Shown: positions 18,896 through 28,248 of the stretch, piece by piece
Layout of the letters: each line of letters begins with the position of its first letter
Position numbering within the stretch: position 1 is the first letter of the stretch
Source: an uncultured bacterium
GTDB taxonomy: Bacteria; Patescibacteriota; Doudnabacteria; UBA920
Length of the DNA: 64,000 bases
Direction: 5' to 3'
NCBI GenBank assembly: GCA_963749445.1
Contig: CAVVMJ010000010.1
Location: 117,738 to 181,737, forward strand
Notes under the pieces: generated by a model
The model's input: only the letters and a program-made list of their open reading frames with translations
What the model was told of the DNA's origin: nothing
Database searches by the model: none
Translations under genes and position numbers: made by a program

Positions 18896-18942
18896 TCCAC
18901 CAAATCTACCACTTATCCCCACTCTTATCCACTTTTTACCAT
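18896..18942 (-). promoter_or_regulatory. MraZ-binding direct repeats
   Basis: Minus strand reads ATGG-N6-GTGG-N6-GTGG-N6-GTGG-N7-GTGG upstream of mraZ, matching the established GTGG(G) boxes at ~10-bp spacing. Confidence 0.75.
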
Positions 18943-19101
18943 TTCAAAAGTATTATACTCCACAAAACCCCAAAAGTCAAAACCCTCAAATTATCACAAA
19001 ATAAAAAAATACCTCTTAAATAAGAGATACTTAAACAATTAATTATTAACCGATAATCCTAATCCACAAAAAATAAAAAAATTCCCGCCCGAATGGCTAA
19101 A

Positions 19102-19575
19102 TTACGCCATTTTTATGGCATAGGCGGCAATACCAAAGGCTACGGAGACGTTTAGGCTTTCTTTTTTGCCCAGCATTGGAATTTCCACGAGCTGGTCACA
19201 AAGTTTTATCAGAGATTTATTGATGCCGCCGGTTTCTTCGCCGAGGATGAGAGCCAAAGGAAATTTGGGTTTAAAATTGAGGATGTTGGTTGGTTTGCCG
19301 ACGTTATTTTCCAGGCCGATGATGTGTACTTTTTGCTTTTTTAAAATGCGGCTAACAGCCTGGGGCGATTTGGAATATTCCCAACTCACCAACTCCTCCG
19401 CCCCAAGCGCGACTTTGGCGATTTTGTTTTTGTGGACGTAATATCCCGGCGTGCCGGTATATCCCGTAAGATAAATCTTGGTAACATTAAAAGCATCGGC
19501 CGTGCGAAAAATTGACCCGACGTTGTATAGCGAGCGGATGTTGTGCGCGATGACAAAAAACTGTTTTGGTTGCAT
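19102..19575 (-). CDS. TrmH/SpoU family RNA methyltransferase
   Basis: NIRSLYNVGSIFRTADAF, LGEETGG, IPMLGKKESLNVSVA. Confidence 0.9.
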   Translation of the reverse strand: MQPKQFFVIAHNIRSLYNVGSIFRTADAFNVTKIYLTGYTGTPGYYVHKNKIAKVALGAEELVSWEYSKSPQAVSRILKKQKVHIIGLENNVGKPTNILNFKPKFPLALILGEETGGINKSLIKLCDQLVEIPMLGKKESLNVSVAFGIAAYAIKMA

Positions 19576-19590
19576 ATCTTGGGCAATACT

Positions 19591-19780
19591 GCGGAGCCTT
19601 CTCCCCTACATTGATACACATCAAGAACGAGGGGAGATGCCCCGAGTGCATCCGAGGGGCAGAGAGGTGTTTTATTTCCCAGAGCCACCTCTCTGTCACC
19701 GAAAGCGATGTTGTCCTTATGACTTTCGGTGACATCTCCCCTCATGCGCTGTATTGCTCACTAAGGGGAGAAGGCTCCGC
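19591..19780. repeat. Gene-less paired palindrome of the DUF559-flanking type
   Basis: GCGGAGCCTTCTCCCCT ... AGGGGAGAAGGCTCCGC with inner CAGAGAGGT / ACCTCTCTG. Confidence 0.75.
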
Positions 19781-19788
19781 GGATGTTC

Positions 19789-20316
19789 CTAAAGTTCTGC
19801 CGATTTATTTTTTCTCAACACCAAAAACCACACCAAATAAACTATTGCCAAAAGCGAATAGTTAACCAGCATAAACAGCGGGTGTGCCCAGGACACGCCG
19901 TGGTCAAATTTATAGCTTGATAGAGGAAACAAAAACGGGGTTTCGTAAAAGCCTTTGTGGCTGGGAATATCTATCAAGATGTGTAAAACCCAGCCCCACA
20001 TTGGCCAATAGGTTTTGCCCTTTCGGATAACCATAACAATAACCATAACGATGGCAAAAATCACCAGGCTGTGCGTGTAGTTGTAACCGATTGACGCAAA
20101 TTGGAACGGCCAGGCATTACTGGCAAAAGCCGCGGGGCCGAACTCCCGCGCGCCTTTGGTCAAAACCATGTATATCCCATACAAAAAAGCCGGAGTGAAC
20201 ACCGCCAAATCCGGCAGGACTCCGAAAGCTACGGCAATGTAGCGCTGCAGCTTTTCCTTGCGGTATTTTTTGTAGAACACCGCGTTGGTCCACAGCGCGT
20301 GGGCAAATACATCCAT
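19789..20316 (-). CDS. Membrane-bound metal-dependent hydrolase-like protein (YdjM-like)
   Basis: MDVFAH, LPDL, THSL and HILID motifs in a hydrophobic protein; ATG 20316 preferred because the longer ORF start lies in the repeat. Confidence 0.7.
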   Translation of the reverse strand: MDVFAHALWTNAVFYKKYRKEKLQRYIAVAFGVLPDLAVFTPAFLYGIYMVLTKGAREFGPAAFASNAWPFQFASIGYNYTHSLVIFAIVMVIVMVIRKGKTYWPMWGWVLHILIDIPSHKGFYETPFLFPLSSYKFDHGVSWAHPLFMLVNYSLLAIVYLVWFLVLRKNKSAEL

Positions 20317-20327
20317 AGTAGTAATCC

Positions 20328-20435
20328 CAAATATACAAATCAACACAAATAAACAAATAACTATCAATCCTTGTGTTTAGCAAAACAGGCGACTGTTACC
20401 GGATTTGTATATTTGTCTAAATTTGTATATTTGCG
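20328..20435. repeat. Tandem-repeat hairpin (ACAAATAT unit)
   Basis: Inverted sister of 8837-8942. Confidence 0.8.
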
Positions 20436-20439
20436 AACA

Positions 20440-20859
20440 CTACTGTAGTAAATTTAAGTTCAAATCCGAATCCAACCCGCGACTCATTTCGCCGTCCAAT
20501 TTAATCAAAAAAATCTCGCAGGTGGCCGAAATTACCGCTTTGAACACGTGGCCGCCGAGCATACTTAAATCACGGCGGCTAAAGCTGCCGTGGACGTGCA
20601 GTGCCGGCTTGCCCGCCGATAGGGCGATATTGCCAATGAGCGAAACAATCTCCAACTGCTCGGTAATAACTTGCTTGGTATATGATTTCGCGGCGAAATC
20701 GTAAACCCCAATCTCCAGCTCGCCGCAAGCGCCAATGGCCGTAAACGAGGCCGCGTCAATATCATACTGTCTGGCGAATTCCAAAAAGCCGGCGAAGACT
20801 TCTTCACCTTTGTCTATACGGATGATATATCTCTGGTTATCCTTTAAAATTACTTTCAT
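20440..20859 (-). CDS. PPC/DUF296 domain protein
   Basis: RIDKGEE, AIGA, EIVSLIGNI, HVH, GGH. Confidence 0.88.
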   Translation of the reverse strand: MKVILKDNQRYIIRIDKGEEVFAGFLEFARQYDIDAASFTAIGACGELEIGVYDFAAKSYTKQVITEQLEIVSLIGNIALSAGKPALHVHGSFSRRDLSMLGGHVFKAVISATCEIFLIKLDGEMSRGLDSDLNLNLLQ

Positions 20860-20936
20860 GTCTTCTACTAAATACGAAAGAGTCTAAAAATACTAAACTT
20901 GAATTTTCGATTTAGTACTTTTAGTAAATTTAGTAT

Positions 20937-21634
20937 GGCTCTAGACTAGAAGATTTGTTCTGTTGTAGTCTAAAGATGTGATTAAATGGTCAAAACTGAC
21001 AAAATTTCAATGGGTCAAAGTAAAACACGGTTTTTGTGATGATTTAACTGCGACCCAAACAGCTAAACTTACAGGAATTAATCGCAACACAGTTAACAAG
21101 TACTACAAACTTTTTAGGGAGAAAATCGCCAAACATCAGGAGTCGGTCAGCAATGGGTTCAGCGGCCAGGTAGAGCTGGATAAAAGTTACTTCGGTGGCA
21201 GGAATAAAGGCAGGCGGGGCAGGGGTACAGAGAAGATTCCGGTCTTTGGCATTAAAAGGCGTAACGGTAGAGTCTACACCCAAATTATTAAGAATGCCAG
21301 TAGCGCCGAAATCAGGCCAATTATCAGGGAGTTTGTGAGGAGAGGCAGTATTGTGTATACCGATGGTTGGCGGGCTTACGACGGATTGGTTCTGGATGGC
21401 TACAAACATTTTCGGATTAATCATCGAATTTTTCAGTACTCCGACCGTAAAGGGGCCCACGTTAACGGCATCGAAAACTTTTGGAGCTTTTCCAAACGGC
21501 GGTTGGCAAAGTTTAACGGCATTAATCCTAAAAATTTTTACCTACACCTAAAGGAATGCGAATGGCGCTACAATGAGAAGCCCGATTTGTACAAAAAACT
21601 ATCATTAATTCTTAAAATCTTCTAGGCAAGAGCC
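20937..21634 (+). mobile_element. IS1595-family insertion sequence (698 bp)
   Basis: TIRs GGCTCTAGACTAGAAGATTT / AAATCTTCTAGGCAAGAGCC (18/20); direct repeat TTAGTAT at 20930-20936 and 21635-21641. Confidence 0.92.
20978..21625 (+). CDS. IS1595-family transposase
   Basis: HTH, VELDKSYFGG, GRG..K.PVFG, YTDGWRAY, NGIENFWS, HLKECEWRYN. Confidence 0.92.
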   Translation: MIKWSKLTKFQWVKVKHGFCDDLTATQTAKLTGINRNTVNKYYKLFREKIAKHQESVSNGFSGQVELDKSYFGGRNKGRRGRGTEKIPVFGIKRRNGRVYTQIIKNASSAEIRPIIREFVRRGSIVYTDGWRAYDGLVLDGYKHFRINHRIFQYSDRKGAHVNGIENFWSFSKRRLAKFNGINPKNFYLHLKECEWRYNEKPDLYKKLSLILKIF

Positions 21635-21651
21635 TTAGTATTTAGTAGAGA

Positions 21652-22035
21652 TCATGCGAGCTTAACCGAGCGAGCCAGCACGTCCTTGACTTTTTGGATG
21701 ATGTCATCCACCGATTGATCACTCTTGAGCAAATAATCCACGGCTCCGGCCTCCACGATTTTGCTGATGGTCTCCACGTCGCCGATGTTGGTAAGCACCA
21801 CTACCGGCACTTTGGCCGTAGTGGGGTTGGCGCGCAATTCCCAAAGCACGGAAATACCATCCAGCTTGGGCATCATAATGTCAAGCAAAACCAAATCCGG
21901 AACAATTTCCTTGCATTTGGCCACGGACTCTTCGCCATCATAGGCCGGAACCGGATTGAAACCTGCTGTCTTAAGCGCCTCGCACAACGAATTGGAAATC
22001 AATTTGTCGTCCTCGGCCACAACAATGGTTGTCAT
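21652..22035 (-). CDS. Single-domain response regulator
   Basis: AEDD, LLDIMMPKLDG, VVVLT, DYLLK. Confidence 0.92.
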   Translation of the reverse strand: MTTIVVAEDDKLISNSLCEALKTAGFNPVPAYDGEESVAKCKEIVPDLVLLDIMMPKLDGISVLWELRANPTTAKVPVVVLTNIGDVETISKIVEAGAVDYLLKSDQSVDDIIQKVKDVLARSVKLA

Positions 22036-22077
22036 AAAATTTTTTGGGTTAAAAATTAAGTTTTAAAAATTTTATTT

Positions 22078-22152
22078 CCTACGAACCTACGAACCTTTAC
22101 CGAACTACGAACTCACTAGCTTTCGCAGTTCGTACCGTTCGTAAGTTCGTAG
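22078..22152. repeat. Tandem-repeat hairpin (TACGAAC unit)
   Basis: CCTACGAACCTACGAAC...GTTCGTACCGTTCGTAAGTTCGTAG; near-identical copy at 23835-23910. Confidence 0.85.
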
Positions 22153-22155
22153 AAT

Positions 22156-23823
22156 TTAAGCAATAGGAAGCGAAAAATAAAACGTCGTACCCAAATTTTC
22201 GCCGGCCGACTCGGCCCAAATTTTGCCGCCGTGGGCCTCCACAATGCCGCGGCTGACCACCAGGCCCAGGCCCGTGCCTTTGCGCGAGCGGTCGCCGCTT
22301 TGCAGCTGCTTGAATTTGGAAAACAGCTGGTTTAAGTCTTCGCGGGCCACGCCGATGCCGCTGTCTTTGACCCCGACTACGACCTGCTTTTCGGCAGCGT
22401 CCAGGCTGACATTAACGTCAATTTGCCCGCTGTCGGTATATTTAATGGCATTGCTCAGCAAATTGCCCAAAACCTGGGAAACCCTAACCCTATCAAATTT
22501 TACCATATATTTGTCCGGAGCGGTACACCCAATGGTCAAATGCTTGGCTTCCGCCTGCGGAGCAAAAGCTTTAGCCTGATCCTTAATGACATCCACCAAA
22601 TCATAGACTTGCAAATTCAGCTCAAATTTGCCCGCTTCAATTTTGGCCACGTCCAGCAGGTCATTGACCAGTTCCAGCATATTGTTGGACGCGGTTTCAA
22701 TGGTCATAACCGTGTCTTTGACTTTACCCGGATCCACCCCGGCTTGGCTGGCCGCCAAATTTTTTAGCATTGATTCGGACGACCAGCGCACGGCGGTCAG
22801 CGGCGCGCGCAATTCGTGGACCATCATAGCCGTAAATTCCTGCCGGGTTTTTTCCAGGGTTTTTTCCGTGGTGATGTCGTGGAAAACCACGCTGGCGCCC
22901 AATTTTTCCCCGGCCGAAGTTTTTACCGGCGACACGCCGACTTCCAGGGCTTTATCTTTTAAATAAACTTCCTGGATCAGCATGGGCTTGTCCTCGCTCA
23001 AAGACTGTTCAATTTTGGTGCGGATGTCAACTTTTCCGGACAGACCGTCTACAATGTCAAACATAGTCAATGGTTTGCCGGCAGGCAAACCAAATAATCC
23101 CACGGCCGCGGGGTTATAAACCATTAAGCGGTTATCAATACTGACCATAACCACGCCGTCAGTCAAAGAATAAATAACAGCCGACAGCTTGCCCTTTTCG
23201 TTTTCCAGCACGCTCTGCAGTTTGGATACGGCTGTGGCCGCCTGGTTGGTGATGGCATACAAAATAGAGGCCTGAGCCTCGCCGTAGCGCCCGCGCTCTA
23301 TGGAAGCCACGTTAATCATTCCCACCAGCCGGTTGGAAATTACCACCGGCAGGTTAAAAAACGACTGCACGCCGGCTTTGGAATTATCATCCAAAATATT
23401 GCCGGTAATGCTTTCGTCCAGCTTTTGCGGCTTGACCTCACCGTCCAAAATGGCCGCGAACGACAGCAGCATTTTTTCCTTGACCTGTTCAATGAACTTG
23501 TGGCTCACCGAGCGCTCCACGTGGCATTTGAACACCACTGTGCCGTCTTCGCCCAAAAGCATATAAGCCACGGTGTCGTAATCCAAAAGGTTACCCAAAC
23601 TGCTGGTAATAATATCTATAATTTTGTTGGTGTCCAGAGAATAGCCAATACGCTCGTTGATTTCCTTGAGCACTTCGGCCTGATAAACTTTTTGCTGAAG
23701 TTCCAAGCCCTGGCTGGCTTCCTGGCGCAAATATTTGCGCTCGCGCAAGGACGTGTAAATATAGCCGACAAGCACGACGGCCAGCATGGCAAAATCAATG
23801 GCAAGCAGCAGGTTGAGGATCAT
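22156..23823 (-). CDS. Sensor histidine kinase (TM-GAF-PAS-HisKA-HATPase)
   Basis: VHELRAPLT H-box, NLLSNAIKY, DSGIG, GTGLGL. Confidence 0.93.
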   Translation of the reverse strand: MILNLLLAIDFAMLAVVLVGYIYTSLRERKYLRQEASQGLELQQKVYQAEVLKEINERIGYSLDTNKIIDIITSSLGNLLDYDTVAYMLLGEDGTVVFKCHVERSVSHKFIEQVKEKMLLSFAAILDGEVKPQKLDESITGNILDDNSKAGVQSFFNLPVVISNRLVGMINVASIERGRYGEAQASILYAITNQAATAVSKLQSVLENEKGKLSAVIYSLTDGVVMVSIDNRLMVYNPAAVGLFGLPAGKPLTMFDIVDGLSGKVDIRTKIEQSLSEDKPMLIQEVYLKDKALEVGVSPVKTSAGEKLGASVVFHDITTEKTLEKTRQEFTAMMVHELRAPLTAVRWSSESMLKNLAASQAGVDPGKVKDTVMTIETASNNMLELVNDLLDVAKIEAGKFELNLQVYDLVDVIKDQAKAFAPQAEAKHLTIGCTAPDKYMVKFDRVRVSQVLGNLLSNAIKYTDSGQIDVNVSLDAAEKQVVVGVKDSGIGVAREDLNQLFSKFKQLQSGDRSRKGTGLGLVVSRGIVEAHGGKIWAESAGENLGTTFYFSLPIA

Positions 23824-23834
23824 TTTGGTTTCAA

Positions 23835-23910
23835 TCCTACGAACATACGAACTTTTCGAACTACGAACTCACAAGCCTTCGTAGTTCGTACCGTTCGTAA
23901 GTTCGTAGGA
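23835..23910. repeat. Tandem-repeat hairpin (TACGAAC unit)
   Basis: Copy of 22078-22152 in the same orientation. Confidence 0.85.
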
Positions 23911-23914
23911 GACG

Positions 23915-24181
23915 TTATAGCCCTTTAAGCGTGGGGTATTTTTCCAGCAAAGTGTTCAAGGTCATTTGCGCGATCTGGCCGGATAAAGCCATGTATTCGT
24001 TGGCCACGCCTTTTAGCACCAGCTGCGGATCGCCGTCCATATCCAAAACCGTGCCGTCGTCAGCCACCTTTAACCCCGGAATCTTCCTGGCCTTGTCCAG
24101 GGCAATGTTCGGCCCCAGCACCACCATTTGCTTTTGGATTAAATCGGTCAGCATTTGTTTATATTCTGTTTCGTTGGCCAT
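23915..24181 (-). CDS. Small hypothetical protein upstream of the kinase
   Basis: 88-aa ORF co-oriented with the kinase and regulator. Confidence 0.75.
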   Translation of the reverse strand: MANETEYKQMLTDLIQKQMVVLGPNIALDKARKIPGLKVADDGTVLDMDGDPQLVLKGVANEYMALSGQIAQMTLNTLLEKYPTLKGL

Positions 24182-24233
24182 AAAATTCCTTATTTCGATA
24201 AATGATAATTTTAGATGGTTATATTATAACACA

Positions 24234-24321
24234 CTTCTACTAAATACTAAAACCACTAAAAATACGAAACCCGAAATTAATCAGCTTTAGTATTTTTAGT
24301 TTCTTTCGTATTTAGTAGAAG
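24234..24321. repeat. Tandem-repeat hairpin (TACTAAA unit)
   Basis: CTTCTACTAAATAC...GTATTTAGTAGAAG; the sister copy at 20861-21649 is split by IS1595. Confidence 0.8.
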
Positions 24322-24322
24322 A

Positions 24323-25834
24323 TCATAGCTCTTTGACGCGCCCAAAACCCACCGAGTCGCGGAAGGCTTTGCCGGCGGCCATCATTTGCGCCCGCAAAAC
24401 GGTAAATTCCCCGTATTTGTCGTTAATGTCATCCAGCGCTGCCACCAAAGCGCGCTGCCGCTCAATATCGCCGAATAAAGACATCTGATGAATATACGGG
24501 CGCAGGCCGGCCACGGTTACGCCGATCAATTTTATCCCTGCGACATTTATCGGATATATCCCCGTAGGGGCGGGTTTCAAACCCGCCCCTACGCCGGGCT
24601 TAATCATTTTTAGGCATTCCAGGAAAATCTCCCGCCCGTCCTGCAAAAAATATCTCAACTTTTTGCTGTCGCCGAAACCCTGATAATCTTTGTCGTGATA
24701 ATAACAGCTGATGACATTCCCCATTAACTGTTTCTTGCGCAACCGCCGGCCCACCATTTCGCAAAGCTTGTACAGCACGGGCACAAAAAATTCCGGTTTG
24801 CGGAATTCCTGCGGCAAGGTGTACATATGTCCCATGGATTTGATTTCTTGTTCCTGATGAACCTCGGCTTTCCAAGTGCCTTCCAGTTGGCCGAGATTAT
24901 ATAAATGATGACCCGCGACCCGACCAAAACGCGCCACCAAGTGGCTGCGAGGGAAATCCCGCAAGTCTTTTAAGGTTTTGATCCCCAGCTCGTTTAAATT
25001 CCGCTCCTGCCGCCGCCCGATGCCCGGGACGTCGGTAAGTTTAAGCTGATGATACAAATCACCCTTAGATAAAACAAGGCAATCGGCGCTGTAGGGGCGG
25101 ATATCATCCGCCCTTTGTCGTGGGAGGATAATATCCTCCCCTACGCAACCATTGTGAATCACCGTCAACCCATCCGGTTTTTTTAAATCCGACGCAATCT
25201 TGGCCAAAGCCTTATTATCGGCAATCCCAACGCTGCACCTGAGCCAATCCCCAACTTCGGTTTTAAACCGCCGCTTTATTTCCCGCGCAATGTTTGCCGC
25301 CTCTTCAAAGGGATCAATCGAAAATTGTCCCATCCCGACCAACGAGTGCATCCGACCCGTTCGGTTCAACTCAGGGTCGCCCTGAGCGTAGCCGAATGGG
25401 CGAGGAGTGGAGGGATCTGTCTGATATAATAGATCCCTCGGCTCATCCTCAGGTGCATTCGGATTCGCTCGGGATGGCGAAAAAAAATTCCTAACATTGC
25501 ACACCCTCGTCAAATCCAAAAAACACTCGTCAATGCTGTACTTTTCCACCTTGTCCGTATAATCGCCCACGACTTTTAAAAACCTCCTGGTGTAAAACCG
25601 GTATCGTTCGGCGTGAGTTTGGGTCAAAATAATCTTAGGATATAACTTTTTGGCTTCCCACACCGGCGTGCCGGTTTTGATGCCCCATTTTTTGGCCTCC
25701 ACAGACGCCGCGATAATAATGCCGCCCAAATGCTCGCACACGCCCACGGGCTTTCCGCGCCAACTCAAATTATCCTGCTGCTCCACAGAGGCAAAATACG
25801 AGTTCATATCCAGATGCATTATTATGGACTGCAT
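24323..25834 (-). CDS. dinB: Y-family DNA polymerase IV with three in-frame palindrome insertions
   Basis: HLDMNSYFASVEQ, SIDECFLD, LAKIASDLKKPDG, VPGIG, C-terminal little-finger domain. Confidence 0.93.
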   Translation of the reverse strand: MQSIIMHLDMNSYFASVEQQDNLSWRGKPVGVCEHLGGIIIAASVEAKKWGIKTGTPVWEAKKLYPKIILTQTHAERYRFYTRRFLKVVGDYTDKVEKYSIDECFLDLTRVCNVRNFFSPSRANPNAPEDEPRDLLYQTDPSTPRPFGYAQGDPELNRTGRMHSLVGMGQFSIDPFEEAANIAREIKRRFKTEVGDWLRCSVGIADNKALAKIASDLKKPDGLTVIHNGCVGEDIILPRQRADDIRPYSADCLVLSKGDLYHQLKLTDVPGIGRRQERNLNELGIKTLKDLRDFPRSHLVARFGRVAGHHLYNLGQLEGTWKAEVHQEQEIKSMGHMYTLPQEFRKPEFFVPVLYKLCEMVGRRLRKKQLMGNVISCYYHDKDYQGFGDSKKLRYFLQDGREIFLECLKMIKPGVGAGLKPAPTGIYPINVAGIKLIGVTVAGLRPYIHQMSLFGDIERQRALVAALDDINDKYGEFTVLRAQMMAAGKAFRDSVGFGRVKEL

Positions 25835-25894
25835 AACAATTTACGATTAACGATTAACAGTACCAAAGGTTAATTGTCAATTGTTAATCGTTAA
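25835..25894. repeat. Gene-less AACGATT/AACAATT heptamer hairpin
   Basis: Same arms as those flanking the four-helix-bundle gene at 12409-12801. Confidence 0.8.
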
Positions 25895-26062
25895 AAGTTA
25901 TTCGTATTCTAATAGTATACGATTGTTCACCTTTTATCAACCCTAAGTTATCCACACTCCTTTGCCAAGGCTTCAGAGTGCAAGCAAATAAAAAACGCGC
26001 GCCGTGGAAGGGATTGACCTTACCCACGGCGCCCGCGATAAATTGCTTCTCCTGTCCTCCGT

Positions 26063-26911
26063 TTACTCGCCGTTATTGCTGAACTGGATAAACCAGGCTT
26101 CGTCCGACCCACGACCGGGACGGAAACCTACCCCCTCAAACAAAGGCTTCTTTGGGGTGATGGTCAAAAGTTCTCCTAATTTGAGTTCCAAAGCCCAGTT
26201 CACGCAACGTTTGACAAGCTCTTTTCCAATCCCCCTCCCTGAGAACCCGCGGAGCACCACAAGAGTCCTGACCTCGCCGACATGACGTTTACCCTTCTTC
26301 CGCCGGAATTGTGTTAGCGCTATGGACCCAACCACTTCACCCCCAGCAATCGCAACGATGAACTCCGACTTCCGGGGGAAAAGCTTAGTACCCGGTTGAA
26401 TCAAAGTGCGTCTGTACATCCGGGCTAGCTTCTTAATCCCCTCCCAGTGGAAACTGGTTGTTGCCTTGACAAACTTTACCCCAACGATGGGTTTGAGTTC
26501 GAAAGGCTGACGGCCCTTTAAGGACATCAGCAACGCGTGCTTTTGCCCATGCAACCGCCGAAAGCCCACTTTGCGGAAAAGGGCCTTGTCCTGCTCATTG
26601 ATCGTGGCTAAGACCTGGTAAATTCCCAAATCCCACGCACGATCGACACAAAACTGGACAAGGATTTCGGAGAACCGCTCTCTGTACCAGGCGTTCCTGA
26701 AAGTAAAACTCCGAATCTCTCCGTATTTAAAGTTGCGTTTGTAGGTGAGCAGGGCACAACAACCCTTGACTAGGCGTCTTTTGCCTCGCACCAGAAGGAC
26801 GATAAAGTCCGACCAATGAGGCAAGTTTGTATGCTGCAGATTTGGATCTTTGAGAACTAGCCGTTGAATCGCAGGCCAGTCCCGTTTCTTTGCCGGCCTG
26901 ATAACGATCAT
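26063..26911 (-). CDS. Tandem GNAT acetyltransferase (two ArgA-like domains)
   Basis: Two homologous halves (F.V....G...G..AL...GE(I/V)R...(F)..VGFR); motif A SGRGIGKELV in the second half; GGAGG upstream of ATG 26911. Confidence 0.72.
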   Translation of the reverse strand: MIVIRPAKKRDWPAIQRLVLKDPNLQHTNLPHWSDFIVLLVRGKRRLVKGCCALLTYKRNFKYGEIRSFTFRNAWYRERFSEILVQFCVDRAWDLGIYQVLATINEQDKALFRKVGFRRLHGQKHALLMSLKGRQPFELKPIVGVKFVKATTSFHWEGIKKLARMYRRTLIQPGTKLFPRKSEFIVAIAGGEVVGSIALTQFRRKKGKRHVGEVRTLVVLRGFSGRGIGKELVKRCVNWALELKLGELLTITPKKPLFEGVGFRPGRGSDEAWFIQFSNNGE

Positions 26912-27065
26912 CGTCTTTTCCTCCCGCGAAACTTCGCCGGCTGGCAAAATCTCGCGGCGGGAAAAAATCATCCACAAAATAAAAAATCGACACTACTGGG
27001 CATAATTTTGGACTATAAGCCCATTTATGTCAATTTTGTCAATTGTGACCAATTTTGTTCAATCT

Positions 27066-27452
27066 CTAATGAACCTTCGTGTCGTGCCACTGCCCGTGGC
27101 GGATGGCAATATGGCGCTTTTTATTCATTATAAAAACAAACACCATCATTGTGCCGTAACCCGCCCAGAGGCCGACCGTGGAGAACATCGCAAAACCGAC
27201 CAGCGGCGCGGTAACCAGCGCGTCCACCAACAAGTTCAAAACCAGCCACAAAAAAGCGGCAAAAATCGCTTCCAAATAATTCATCACCCCGATCCCGCGA
27301 ACCAAAAAAGTCACGGCCACCGCCACTATGGCGCAATACAAAAATTCCCAAGCCAAGCTGCCGTAGTTAACGGAGCTGAAATAAACAAACTTTAGGGCAA
27401 ACAGCACCGCGGCCTGAAGCAATAAGGTAAAATAAAATTTCTTGGCTGTCAT
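27066..27452 (-). CDS. Hypothetical membrane protein (4 TM)
   Basis: Hydrophobic 128-aa ORF. Confidence 0.7.
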   Translation of the reverse strand: MTAKKFYFTLLLQAAVLFALKFVYFSSVNYGSLAWEFLYCAIVAVAVTFLVRGIGVMNYLEAIFAAFLWLVLNLLVDALVTAPLVGFAMFSTVGLWAGYGTMMVFVFIMNKKRHIAIRHGQWHDTKVH

Positions 27453-27464
27453 CTTGGATTGATG

Positions 27465-27563
27465 TTGATGGGCACCTTCGAGGGGTAGTTTAGTTAGCGA
27501 TGATGGATGCGCTGAACCGCAAACATCCGATAACTTTTATAGCCGCCCGAAGGTGCCCATCAA
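27465..27563. repeat. 99-bp TTGATGGGCATCTTCG-family element
   Basis: Perfect inverted ends TTGATGGGCACCTTCG / CGAAGGTGCCCATCAA. Confidence 0.85.
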
Positions 27564-27576
27564 AACATATAAAAAA

Positions 27577-28059
27577 TTAAACCTTCTTGCTCTTTTGCGT
27601 TGCCGGTTTTTTTCTGATTATCCGCCGTCTGATGGGAACCGGTTTTAATATTTCCCTTGGAATTTCCCGGACCAAATTCTCCGCCTCGGACAAATCTTCA
27701 ACCAGCTGGTGCTTAACCTCTTCTACCCGCGCTTTAAAATCCTGATAAGCAGGCTTTGGCGGAAACAAATAATTGCGCGCGTGATGCAGGCTGCCGCGCC
27801 AGGCCCCGCGTTCGTAAACCAGCTCATACCAGTAATTTCCCAGCCAAATGCCGTACCAGCTGCCGCAAAGCATAGACAAAAGTAAGGTAATATCGTCAAT
27901 AGCCACAAATTCCAGATAGCCGCTGGAAGTCCAATGAAACGCGCCGTAATCCACCAATATCAAATAAGACAACACAATGATGCGCTGCAGCACCAAAAAC
28001 AGCAGCACCCCAAGCAATGAGCACAAAAACACATAAACTGACCTTTTTACCCCGCCCAT
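27577..28059 (-). CDS. Hypothetical membrane protein
   Basis: 2 TM segments, G.WYG.WLG.YWYELVYE, basic tail. Confidence 0.7.
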   Translation of the reverse strand: MGGVKRSVYVFLCSLLGVLLFLVLQRIIVLSYLILVDYGAFHWTSSGYLEFVAIDDITLLLSMLCGSWYGIWLGNYWYELVYERGAWRGSLHHARNYLFPPKPAYQDFKARVEEVKHQLVEDLSEAENLVREIPREILKPVPIRRRIIRKKPATQKSKKV

Positions 28060-28139
28060 ATATTTTTATTTCGTTAGATTAATTTTGATTTATTATAGGA
28101 TAGTTTGTCGCAAATAGCAAATTCCACGCTCTTCACGAC

Positions 28140-28226
28140 GAAATTGCGAGGAGCCGGGGCTTTATCCGGCGACGAAGCAATCCCGATAAATATCAACTGG
28201 GCTGCTTTGGATGCACTCGCAGCTTC
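28140..28226. repeat. Gene-less palindrome of the GIY-YIG-flanking type
   Basis: GAAATTGCGAGGAGCC.GGGCTTTA...GGCGACGAAGCAATCCC, as at 31240 and 38812. Confidence 0.8.
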
Positions 28227-28248
28227 CATTATTTTTTTACTCCCTTTA

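Noticed and set aside
25948-25956. DnaA box TTATCCACA as an origin, and the nearby CGTAT-N9-ATACG as an SOS box for dinB
   Set aside because: A single perfect box with no dnaA/dnaN context; the palindrome is too short to support without a motif search.
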